Origin: Stegostoma tigrinum
Lineage: Eukaryota
DNA: 64,000 nt
Direction of reading: 5' to 3'
Assembly (NCBI RefSeq): GCF_030684315.1
Contig: NC_081366.1
Coordinates: 38,354,078 to 38,418,077 of the forward strand
Both the position numbers and the translations under genes were made by a program. Below the pieces are notes generated by a model. The model had not been told where the DNA came from, made no database searches, and saw only the letters and a program-made list of their open reading frames with translations. Position 1 is the stretch's first letter, and the number at the start of each line of letters is the position of its first letter. This document shows, in pieces, positions 45,631 to 57,790 of this stretch.

Positions 45631-48047
45631 GGTGCTGTGGAGAAAAGTTAAGTACTGCTGTTGCTTGGCAGTAGTGTGGGTGTGCAAAACAAACAAAAAA
45701 AAAGAAAAAATAAAAGAAGAATAAAACATATAAATTCTGTGCCTGCACACTTCCCTCCACTTCACCTGAAGAAGGAGCAGTGCTGCAAAAGTTTGTGATT
45801 TTACATAAACCTGTTGGACTGTAACCTGGTGTTCTGTGATTTCTGTGGATTGTTAAGGACATGGGAGAAATGTGATATAACTTGCCCCTTTCTCTACTTC
45901 TCAACTGACCTCAATAAGATATATCTTTGAGAAGACATGTTTTCATCCCTTTAATGCTGTGACTTAAAAGAACAAATGGAAAGCAGTCTCTTTGTAAGTT
46001 TAAATCAAAACAAAGGATAAATGTTTATTTTTCACAACACCTGAAGCGTAATTGAAAGAAACATCTTCACACCCACAAGATACACCCACAGGCAAAGGTG
46101 ATTTCTAAAAATGTAATATGTATTTCAATTATTTAATGTGCCAATAGCTCTATTTCTTCAAGTAGGATATTGAAAGAGTTGTAGGCCTGAAAATACCTGT
46201 TTGGTTTCCTGAAGAAAAAATGAAGGTTGGAGATTTCTGGTGATGAATTAGCAATGATATACTTAAGCAATATCATTTCTCTGACTTCTTTCTCGTCAAA
46301 TGCTTTGATGAGCTATTGTAATCAAACATGTAATCCAACTGTATAAGAAAATACTTTCTTGAAGCAGGTTTATTTTCCTTTTAGCGGAAAAAGTATTTGT
46401 CTCTGAGTTCCTTACCCCAGATGGAATTTCCTGTATCATTCTAATAAAAATAAGATATTTGCTATCTCAAATCAGTTTCTGTCACATGGCAAGTGTATCA
46501 ATGAGCTGTATATTTTTTTTTGGCTTTGTGTCAATTTGGGCAAGTTTCTTGGAGTGTTTATCTCCATGAGGCTTAGCGATTTATTACATGCTATCATTCC
46601 AAACTTCCCTCTTTAACTACCTACCCCACCCATCTAGTACCATGACAATTGATGTCAATTCTCCCACTGCCACTGCCTGGATATCACAGAATGGATCGGC
46701 ACCTCTAACACCGGTGCCATCTTTAAAAGGTAGATGCGAGCCCAGACAAGAACAGCCAGTCCAGATCAGCCATGCCCTGTTCATGATATTTGTCAAAGAT
46801 GCAGCAAATAAGGAGAAACTGGTATCCTAGTTTGGACCTGGAGGTCCTGGTGGGTGGGCTGGTGCAGAGGATGGACATCGCGTTACTTACCCTGCAGCAG
46901 CAATGGTGTTCTCATGCATCTGTCGCTTCTCTTTTTCTAGATGGTAGAGGTCATGGCTTTGGACAATGCTGTCAAGGGAATCTCGACAAGTTTAAAACAT
47001 TCATGAGTTTCTGTCATCTTTCTGCTACCAATATTATTCATCTCTCCCTCATCTTCCAAGGTCCAAAATTTCCCAGTCTCCTTCACTTCTCTGTACTCAG
47101 CCCTTGTAAATTCAAGGATACCATAATTTCATAAAATTCCCCTGCCAGTGACAGAACACCTTGACTTCAAAGATGCTCCCAGTTTCAGAATGCACTGTGA
47201 ATTCCAACACACTGAGTTCCAACTCTTCAGTCCCTTCCTGAAGGCACTGCACACATCTACTGCTTTCTACTGTGGCAATTAGTGACAAAAAGGACAAGGA
47301 TGTCTCTAATTGTAGCCAGCGACATCATGAAGTGGAGGAGGGGGTGCTCTATGGCCAGAAATTTAAAATTACTTAATTTCCAGACTGCTGCAGGTCAGAG
47401 GAAACCCTGATTCAAGAAACTCTCAGTAATTCAATGTTGTTTGGAGCCCTAATTTACTGTACTGTTCTACTTTTCTCTCTGGTTAGACCACACACAGAGT
47501 ATTGTCTATATTTCTGGCCGCCATGCTATAAAATGGAGATATGGACATTTGTCAGGGTAAGGGGAAGATTATAAGGATGTTATCTGAAATGCATGGGTAT
47601 ACATAAGGTTTAATTGGCTTTTTTTCGACATCATGGAGGCTGAGGGCCAGGTGACCTAATAGAAGCATTTAACATTTTGAAAGGTTTTGAGAGAGTGGAT
47701 CCAGAGAGACTATTTTCTCAGTGGGGAAGACCATAACTAGAGGCCACCAATATAAGACAGTCATTAAGAAATGCAAGAGGGGGTTTGGAAACACCTTTTT
47801 TTTAAGCAAAAGAGTGGCTAGAAAGAAGGCCTCAATGCCACACACAGCAGTTGAAGGAAATATTGGTTACAGATTCATTTAAAGGAAAGTTGGACAAGCA
47901 TTTGAAGGGGAAAATAATAGATGATAGAGGAAATAATAACTAAATATAATAACAACTTGCATTCTATTGTTTTCCCAGTCACTTTGTTCCTTCCACTCTC
48001 ATTGTTCACTTACCTCTTCAACATCTTACTATCCACTGCATGAGCTG

Positions 48048-48380
48048 GATTTGATTTGATTTGATTTATTATCATCACAAGTGCAGTGAAAAGTTTTGTT
48101 TTGCACACAGTACAGTCAGATCATAACGTACAAGGACATAGAGATCATGGGCGACTGAACAGATTGAGGCATACAAACTTATGGCTGCACAGAAGGTGTA
48201 AAGGAAACAAGATCAACATTCCATCTGAAATTTGAAAGGTCCATCAGCAGCTAGATTACAGCAGAGAAGAAGCTGTTCTTGAACATATTGGCATGTGTGT
48301 TTAAGCTTTTGCATCTTCTGCCTAATGGAAGAAGTTGGAAGAGATCATAACCAGGGTGGGAGGGGTCTTTGATAATGTTA
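48048..48380 (-). mobile_element. Rex1/Babar-type LINE 3' fragment with (GATTT)n tail
   Basis: IIKDPSHPGYDLFQLLPLGRRCKSLNTHANMFKNSFFSAVI. Confidence 0.7.
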
Positions 48381-48384
48381 AGTA

Positions 48385-49010
48385 AAAGCTGAAAGAACTG
48401 TACATACTGTAAATCAGGAATAAAACCAAAGTTGTTGGAAAAGCTCAGCAGGTCTGGCAGCATCTGTGAAAAAAACATCAGAGTTAACATTTCGGTCTAG
48501 TGACCCTTCCTCAGAACTGATGTAGATGGGAAAATGTCAATTTATATGCAAAAAAAAAGGACGGGTGTGGAGTAGGGTGTAAACATGAGGATAGAGTCTA
48601 AAGGGAGAGAAGAAGAGTTGGACAGACAAAGGCGTTGATAATGATCTGGTTGAGAGGGTGAATAGTTGTTAATGGGGACGATTAGTGACTAACAGCAGGT
48701 AGTGTGTAATGCTAGACTATGTGATAACAAGGTCTGGTGTGTGGGGTTGGGGGCTAGGACGTGGGAGAACTTAGGTCCTAAAATTATTGAACTTGATATC
48801 GAGTCCGGAGGGCTGCAGGGTCCCCAAGCAGAAAATGAGGTGCTGTTTTCCAGCTGTGTTGAGTTTCATTGGAACACTACAGCAAGCCAGAGATAGAGGT
48901 GTTGACCAGGGAACAGGATGATGTCATGAAGTGGCAGGCAACAGGTAGCTTAGGGTCTTCTTTGTGAGCAGAACATAGATGCTCTGAGAAGCAGTCACCC
49001 AGTCAATGCT
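48385..49010 (-). mobile_element. Penelope-like element 3' fragment with hammerhead core (~48481-48518)
   Basis: Homologous to 16875-17335; minus strand reads AGUU-CUGAGGA-AG-GGUC(ACUA)GACC-GAAA-UG-UU-AACU. Confidence 0.8.
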
Positions 49011-50020
49011 TCAAAGAGGAAGAAGAGCCATTGTTGCACCTTTTTGACTGTCACATCATGTGGGTGGTCCAGGACAATCTGTTGATTATTTCCACTCCTA
49101 TGTATTTGACCTTCCAGCATCTGCAGTTCCCATTATCTCTAATGTTCTGGGGACCCAGGTTTGATTCCCACCATGGGTGGACCATGAAACTTGATTGTCA
49201 GAAAAGAAACCCGTCTGGTTTACTAATGTCCTTCAGGGAAGGAAACTACCATCCTTACCTGGTGTGGCTTACATGTGACTCCAGATCCACAACAATGTGG
49301 GAGAAAGAGATTTTCTCTGGTGGGGTAAATCTCAGCAGGGGGCACAATTTTTTAAAAAAAGTAGTGGGGTAGTTGGGCCATTTGGGATAGAAATCAGGAA
49401 ACACATTTAAACACAAAGGGCAGTGGCAGGGTGAAACTCTGTTATCCAAATGTCCTTGGACACTGGTTCAACTAAAACGCTTAGACATGCAAAGGAGCGT
49501 TAGAAAAGTTGTGCCTGACATTTTCCATACTAATACTCGCAGTAAACTGAGGATGTTTTGCAACTAAATAAATACAAAAACTACAATTAACAAAATAATC
49601 TTGGATAAACTTATAGCAAGGCAGCAGGGTACCACAGAAATGCACAGGAAAACTCTGGTTAAACTCTGCACTGCACAGGATCAACACAGCTCCCGGAGTC
49701 CGATCTCAATGCATACATACATTACTCCCACTCAGCAGCAGTGGGCTGCAGAGCGTCTGAAAAGCCTGTACTTTCCCATACAAATTAAATGAATAATAAC
49801 TCGCTAAACTACTGCCAGTATTTGGGATAGAGCAGTGAAAAAGGTATTTAAGCTGCAGTATTCCTATGTTTGTTCATTTTGATTCGGTTTCGTGGTGGCA
49901 AGTAGCGTTTGCCTCAGATAATTTTGACAGTTTTGAAGTTTTCTGCACAGAAACTGACAGTGATCCTAAGCCTGCCAGGAGCTGCCGGCCCCAACAAAGC
50001 TGCACTCTGTGCTCTGCCCT

Positions 50021-50072
50021 CCAAATAAGACACGTGGGATGGCGTCATTCTCGTCGGTTCGCTGCCTATATA
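50021..50072 (+). promoter_or_regulatory. HBEGF proximal promoter: CArG-like, E-box, CRE-like and TATA elements
   Basis: CCAAATAAGA (50021-50030), CACGTG (50031-50036), TGGCGTCA (50040-50047), TATATA (50067-50072), ~260 bp upstream of the ATG in a CpG-enriched region. Confidence 0.6.
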
Positions 50073-50333
50073 TCCAGAAGGCTCCAGTTATTCTTAACTC
50101 GCCGCCAGCCTGCAAGGAATATGAATAGTACTCGAGATATTTAACAAATCGCCTGTCTGGATTTGCCCCCGGCCCCTGACTGCCGATCCAGGTTTATTTT
50201 AAATTAAGGTTGCCAGAGTTGAGCTGGTTATTAGGGAGCTGGGATTCTGCCGGCTGCTTTCTGAACTCGGTTCCATCAAAGCGCCGGAGGGGAACTGAAA
50301 GGTTGCGCTTGTGCAAGGTGGTCTTTGCTCAAC

Positions 50334-52770
50334 ATGAGGATTTCAATCGCAGCTGCTCTCCTTGTCCTGGTCGCAGGTGAGTCTGCCTTTTACTTGGCGG
50401 GTTTCAAGTAAAACACACAAAAGTATCGACGTGAACCGAACTGGGCGAGGCTTTTTTTTTGATGTTTGAATTTCGAAGAGAACGTGGCAGTGCCAAAGGA
50501 GCGGCGCTGTCTTATCAGATACACGGCTGCTTTTTATTTTACAGAACTCCAAAGTAGTAATGAGCACGACCCTCCCCCTTTTTTTTACATTTTCTGAGGT
50601 GTTTGTTTGTTTGTTAGTTCTTACTATACTCACTTGAACATCTCATTACCTGGTTGGTGAAATGAGGGGGATTTTGAATCGAGCGTCTGGTTGATGTTTT
50701 CGTGATGGAATTGTTGTTCCTCAGTTCCTTGCCGTACCGCCATGGGGGCGGCGATCGAAGGCTATGAGAGTGAACTAACTCGGAGTCGCAGAAGAGGGGA
50801 GGCGGATGTTATGTCCATGCTCGGAGAAGTTATTGACGGGGAACCGACTGTACAAACAGCGGAGGGTCCACCCAGTGACCGGACTCCTGTAGTACCAGAA
50901 GGTAACGTTACAGGAAGATTTCCACAGACCTCACTACTGCAAGCGATAAACATGTAAGGTTACAAACTGCGGATTCTGCCCCCTGGGAGCAGAATTTGTA
51001 TTCCTGAACAAAGTTGAACCAAGTTTTCTTGAGTGGGGGAGGGAGTATAGTGTCCAGGGCACCTATTAAAAGCTCAGTGAAATTCGAGCTGTCTCTACCT
51101 TCTCCTTTCGCATAATCATGTAGACACCATGTCTTGTTTGTTTTAAATTAGTGGCCCTTTACAAACCTGCGGGAAACTCCTCAACGACCGAAGTGGGCAA
51201 AGGCAAAGGAAGACGTCAAAGGAAAAACAGACGTGGCAAGAGAAGGGGTAAAAAGAATCCCTGCTACAGAAAATACAAAGATTTCTGCATTCATGGGGAA
51301 TGTCATTATTTGAAGCACATTAAAGAGGTATCATGCAGGTATTCACTTTTTAACTTTCTGATCTGTTGGGTGGGTAGGTGGAGGGATGGTTTCGTGTAAT
51401 TTAAAGTGGGGGAGGAAAAGGGGGCAATCGGGTAAATCTGGCCACGTAGTTAACATCGAGATGTCTCCAGTCAGTGTGGGAAACGGATGGCAGTAAACAG
51501 CTAACTTTACATATATACCTGTGTCCCAGCAAGTCTAGACAAAGCGGATATCTCCAGCGCCTCCGGAGCAAACAAGGAAACGGATAACGCTTGATGTTTA
51601 ATAGCGCCAATTTAGTTTAATTTGTACTGTTGCTGTTGACGCAAAGCGAGAGGTATTTGTTTAGGAATTTTGCTCCCAAAATTCGTCAAGCCAATGTCTC
51701 TTCACACCTTTTTTTACGTACGAGTTTCTGAAATTTGGAAGACTACTTTTAGTCGACAGAAAGACTAGAGTATTAATGTTGCACCCTAAGAAATCAAACA
51801 AGAATAATGAAATGCTGCTGCTCAGACTATTCACACGCCACTAAGGATTTAAAATTAAGTCTAGTGGGATCTCTGGTGATCCAAAATTTGAACTTCCATA
51901 TATCTTTCCTACATGGAAGTGCAATGATATTTGTTCAAAATATTAATGTATTGTGTGCTTTGCATAGTACTTTGTACAACAGCTTAGAAATAATGAACAG
52001 TAGCTATTTAATAAACATCTTTTTTAGTTGAAGTCTTGTGACCACAACTGCATAAAATTCAAATAGATGTAATTGCCTAATGTACTTCCCAGAGATATTT
52101 TGAATCACTTATTTTAAGAAAGCAAATCCAGGTCACAGTTGCATATAAAAGTCATTGGTGTGGCATTTTAACTTGTTATATGTTGTATTTAGTAAGCAAA
52201 CTAAAATGTACTTGATTTTAATTTAGGTGCTTTTCAGGATATGAAGGAGTCCGATGTGGTACTTTCATTTTAGCTGTCGAACATCCAAAAGATCCAAATG
52301 ACAATACAACTACTCTGGCAATTGTGGCGGTGGTGCTTTCCTCGCTTAGTCTCACTGTAATCCTTATCCTTTTGGTTCTTGGGTGTGTAATCTGTTTTTC
52401 TCTATCTTTTTAAAAACTGTTTCTAATTCTAGAGCATCATAAAGTTATTTTAAAATACATAACTAATGCATTGTTCGCATAAAGAAAGGAAAATGAAAAG
52501 AATTCCAGTAATCAAGCCACTTTAATCATCTGAAAAATGTGTATCCAAATAGTTTCTGATAACTATTTATAGTTAACAATGGTTTTTAAAGTAGGTTTTT
52601 TTATCAAACATAAGCATGGCAGAAGAAATGTCTGTGAAATAATTCTGTTTTTAATATGCTGTTGCCATTGCCTTAAATCTTAACTTTTTGATAGATATCA
52701 CAGACGAGTTGCCAGTTATGATGTAAAAAATGAAGAGAAGATTAAACTTGGGAATAACAACAGTCACTGA
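50334..52770 (+). CDS. HBEGF: Pro-heparin-binding EGF-like growth factor, 5 coding exons: 50334-50376, 50725-50901, 51152-51338, 52227-52382, 52695-52770 (212 aa)
   Basis: Signal peptide MRISIAAALLVLVA; basic heparin-binding tract GKGKGRRQRKNRRGKRRGKK; EGF domain PCYRKYKDFCIHGECHYLKHIKEVSCRCFSGYEGVRC; TM TLAIVAVVLSSLSLTVILILLVL; tail YHRRVASYDVKNEEKIKLGNNNSH*. All introns GT-AG and in phase; adjacent to PFDN1 as in mammals. Confidence 0.93.
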
Positions 52771-53957
52771 CTCCAAGGAAATGGTAAGGTATTCACAAAT
52801 TATTCTGGGGATTCACATTACATATAATATATTTTTAAAAAATGCAAGATAACATTGGGTGCATAACGTGGCCTCAATGTTTTGCACTACATTGTTACAA
52901 TCAACTATGGATCAGGCCTGTTACCTACTTCCTAAACTCTGTGTGGCTGCAAAGAGGATCCAAGTGGAGACCAGATTTTTTTCACTACAGATCAAGAAAA
53001 GTTAAGCAGAGTTACCAATGCACATTATTTTATCAGCTAAAGTAGTAACACAGCATGCCTGGGTGAAAACTGCTTGATGACACTCTGGGATGGGAAGAAT
53101 GATGGTGCAAGATAGCTAGTTCATGAAGCAGACAACGTGCCAGTAAACCATAGTTCGTTTAAGTGTCCCTTAGTTATGGCATAGACAACTAACACAATGA
53201 CTATTGGAATGAACTCTTTGAATATTCAAAGATTAGAATTAGTTATGTGGAATACATGGCCCATAGTTTGTGAATGAATCACCTGACTCAATGTATCTGT
53301 TTCCATTTGAAATACAGTTGCAAAATCAGTAAGACCCTGAAACCATTCCCAGTAAGCTGACTGGATTCATGAACTCCATTTCATCCTTTTTGAAATGTGT
53401 GGTTATCAGTTGAACATTGCTGATGTGTGATAATACCAGCCTATTTCGAATCTGTCTTGCCCTACTTTGAAATATAGAAGACAATGTTTTAACAAAATGG
53501 TCAAGGTTTTTTAACTGACCTTTCATTTGTTCTCCAGTCTGATGTGAATCTTTTGGTGAACTGTTAAAGTTAAGGAAAGATTACATAAATATATTTTACT
53601 ACTCTAGAGATTTACCCGAGTACTTTACAAACCAAAGTGATCTGTGAATTGTTTTGATAAGACATGATATGACTCCCATTTTAAAAAAAATTTAAAAAGG
53701 GATGAGACTGCGTTCTGTGATACCAGGGTAGGTATTAATTCATAGTTAAAACATATATTCCATGCGGTTGGGCTCATACTTCACAACAGCATGAAAGCTT
53801 CAAAAATGATTGCAGGGCAGAATTGGTGCTAGTATGGATGAAGTGACAATTTTTAAAGTCTATACCCATTTATTCACTACTATGACAAAAATGTGTACAA
53901 TTCAAGCTGTTTGTGTTTTTTAAAGTAATCAATTCAATTGATAATTTTTAATTGCAG

Positions 53958-54635
53958 GTACAAAATGGCTACAAAATCTACCTCACTGATGGAAGAAACC
54001 ATGAAAGAACAAGTGACTTTTAAAAGGAAAAGAGACAAAAAGTCAAATTGTTCGTGTACTGAATGAGTAGAATAACTGCATCCATTGGGTGCATATCTTT
54101 TCCCCAGCAACTGGGGACAGTAGAAATTGCAGTGTATTCACCACTTGTAATTTCTTATTATACTGTTAATATTTAAAACAACTTATTTATATTCATCCTT
54201 TAAATTGTCAGTATATATTTATTTTAGTATTATTTTATATCCTAACTTATTTTAGGTTATATGCAGCTTATTTAAAGCATGTCATTTCTGCTGCTGTTTG
54301 TTTAAAATGTGTATGTGTTACTATTGAGATATGACTTTGTAAAGAAACTTCCCTAAAACACACAAAAGAATAAAAGAACTTCAGTATGAATTGCTAATGT
54401 AAAATAAATGTGTTCTTTTTGTATAAGTCTGACTATATGGATTTCATTTATTTATTACAAGGGGAGGGGGAGGGAAGAAAATCACTGACCAAAAATATCT
54501 TTGCAACACCTGCACAGAAAGGGAAAACCACTAGTTTATAGTATTTTGATAAAACATAATACTGGATATTGAAATATTAATGCATGGAGTTTTTTGTATT
54601 GGTTATTTTCAATAAAATAATATAAATGTAACAAT
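53958..54635 (+). other. HBEGF: HBEGF non-coding last exon (3' UTR) with AU-rich elements and polyadenylation signals
   Basis: Donor ATG|GTAAGG after 52783; acceptor ttttaattgcAG at 53957; several ATTTA/TTATTTAT motifs at 54170-54455; AATAAA near 54369, 54403 and 54611. Confidence 0.7.
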
Positions 54636-56339
54636 TTCCTTGCACATCTAAAAGAGGTGGGGCAAGCTTCCTCTCTTGTTTGCTCAAATGGTGACTGTAT
54701 CATTTATGTAATTATTTGAGAACACGCTCTAGTTCTAACTCCGGTTTTCTGTATCATTACTCAAAGCTGGGGAAAATGTATGGCACTTGTAGGTGTACCG
54801 ACAGCAAATGGACTGCTATGGTTCAGGAAGTCAGCTGCCTATTAACTTCTCAACAGCAAGGAGGGATGGGCAAGAAATGCTGGCACTGTCAGTGTTACCA
54901 ATATCCCATGAATAAATTAAAAAGGAAATAAACACAGGATAGAAAGAGGAAAATGCAGACAAAGTTGACCATTTGTTAGCTTCTATGCTCATATGGTAGC
55001 TCCTATTAGAACCACATTTACATCGATGTTAAGTGAGGACAAAATTGAAAATTGAGTACTGCTGTCTTGGATCCAGATTCAAATAGCCTTCCAAACTGTC
55101 TAGACTTAGGCATGAAGAATGGTCACTTAAATAAGATGCCAGATTATGAATGGAGCCTGCAGGATCATTACCAGGAACAGTTGCCACCTTCAAGAGGGGA
55201 CAGCCTGGAGCTAAAATAGAAGTGGAAATGGTGGGGGCAGGCACCATAAAGAAAAGAAATTATATAAATTATTATCTACTGAAAGCAAAATATGTTCTGT
55301 AATGTCACCCAAAGAAAACGCAAGTGTCTGCATTTATTTGCAATCTGTTCGTCCTATTATACATAAACACTTTCATCTGCTTTGTTTCAATTGAAGGTAA
55401 CTATAAGATTTGGGCTAACTTATAAGAATTTCTAAAAGAATGAAAGATGTCCATTTATATGACCATGTTTTGTGACCACCAGACATCTGAAAACACTTTA
55501 CAGCCAGGAGTTTTAAAATGTAGCTACTGTTATAGGAAATAATTGTGATGTACTGCTGTTCAGGCTTTAATGCATTCAAACACTTCAGTCATAGTGTAGA
55601 AGTTAAGCATGTTCCTTCGTACTGACATTATTATGGTCTTTGGTGGTCAAGACTATATATGTAACATTAGGCTCCATGTCATGGTTAATTTCAAATAAGC
55701 TAATACCAAATGTTACATCAAAGCTTTAGAAGCTAATAAATGATAAATCTCCAGCAGAGACGGTGTTTGAGGCTAAAAAAGATTCAATTCCTTGTCCATT
55801 GTGAAATTATTAAGTTCAGTATGGATAGCTGTAGAAACATTACAACCAGTCTCTTAGACTAGAAAATAGAAATGGCGGGGAGCATATCTACTTTTAATCA
55901 CTTACCTATGATCCCTGTGGCAGTGTGCATGTGGACATCAGATGAGAACAAGATTAAGTTTAACTCAATACATCATAGTTTAATAATCCACTGACATTCA
56001 TCATACATGCTGGAAATTTCAAAACAGTGTTCCACAGCTACAAGCAACTTGATCCCCAGAGACTTGTTCCTTGAAGAGTAGGGTATTTGGTTTAAAGTTC
56101 AGGTTTATATCTATGTCACCATCTCTCCTGTAATATTTTTATGAGCTTAACATTTTCAATTGGATCATTCTGTTACCTGGCTGGCAGTGATGTGAAAATC
56201 AGAACTTCAAAAATTCTTAGTGACAGTAGCTTGAGATATTGCAGAAGTAAGAAGTAAAAAGTAAGTTGTGAACTTCTGTCACCCTGAAGGTGAATGATAC
56301 ACATGATTTTGGCCTGAAGGCTGTTCACTTCTAGTTGTT

Positions 56340-57790
56340 TTTGTTTTTGTCATGCATGAGATGGGAAATTGCTGTTTGGGTTAGCATTTATTGCCCATTT
56401 CTAGTTGCCTTTGAGAAGGTGGTAGTGAGATGCCTTCTTCCAAACTGCAGCCCATAGACCGACACCACTGAAATAGAGGGTGTTCCAAGCCTTTGACCTA
56501 GTGACACTGAAGGAATAGTGTGATATTTCCAAATTAGGATGGTGAGTGGCTTAGAGGGGAACTTGCAAATGGTGATGTTCCTCTGCTACCCTTGTCCTTC
56601 TTGATGATAATGGCCATGTCTTTGAAAGGTATATTCGAAGCTATCTTTGAGAATTTCTGCAATGTGTCTGGTGGTGGATGTGGTGCTAATCAAGCAGGCA
56701 GTTTTGCTGGATGGTGTCATGCTCCTTGAGTTATTGGAGCTGCACTCATCCAATTAAGTGGGCAGTCACACCATCACAATCCTGACTTGTGCCTTGTTGA
56801 CCATGGATGCCAATTAGAGTCAGGAGTTGAGTTACTCTCTGCAGGGTTACTAGCCTCTGAACCTGTAGTTACCCACATTATTTATATGGCCAGTTCAGAT
56901 CATTATCTGATAAATGGGGCCCCAGTTTGTTGACAGTAGGGTTCAGTGATGGTGGTGCCATTGAATGTCAATGGTCAACTTCTCTCCTGTTGGGGGTGGT
57001 CATTGCCTGGCAATTGTGTGGCATACATGTTTCTTGCCACATGTCAGTCCCATACCTGGATATTGTCTACATCTTGCTGCATTTGGGCATGGGCTGCATC
57101 AGTACCTGAGGAGTTGTGACCGGTGCTGAACATTATGGAATCATCAGTGAACACCCCCCACTACTGATCTTATGATGGAGGGAAGATCATTGATGCAGCA
57201 GCTGATGATAGTTGCACCTGGGACATTAACCTGAGGAACTTCTGCACAGAATTCCCGAAGTTTAGATGACTGATCGTCGACAACCCCAGCTATCTTCCTT
57301 TCTACCAGGGATGATTCCATTCAGTGGAGAATTTTCCTTCTGATTCCCATTGACACTAGTTTTGCTATGGCTCCTTGATTTCACACTTGATAAAATGCTA
57401 CTTTCATATCAAAAGCAAATGGTCTCACTTCACCTCTGGTCAGGCCTTTTGTCCATGTTTGAGTCAAGGCTGTAATAAGGCCAGGAGCCACGTGGCCCCG
57501 GCATAACCCAAACTGTGTCAGTGAGCAGTTTATTGCTAAGCAGGTGCTGCCTAATAGCACTGTTGATGACACCTTCCGGCACTTTGCTGATGATTTAAAG
57601 TAAACTAATGGAGCGTTAATTGGTCAGGTTGGAATTGTCATTTTTGTGTACAGGACACACCTAGACCATTTTTCACAGTGTAAGGTAAATGCCAGTCTGG
57701 CAGCTCTACATGGAACAGCTCAGCTAGGAGCAGACCAAGCTCTTTACTATAAATATTCAGCACTACTGCCAGAATGTTGTCAGAGCCTGA
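56340..57790 (-). mobile_element. Decayed LINE (CR1/L2-group) RT + 3' end
   Basis: APGLITALTQTWTKGLTRGEVRPFAFDMKVAFYQV (DxxxAFD), VPQVL (GVPQG-like) remnants, and a 3' tail GGGCAATAAATGCT. Confidence 0.75.

Noticed and set aside
37500-53300. Several AP-1 heptamers (TGAGTCA/TGACTCA) around HBEGF
   Set aside because: The number seen is about what chance predicts for a 7-mer in this much sequence; no supporting clustering.
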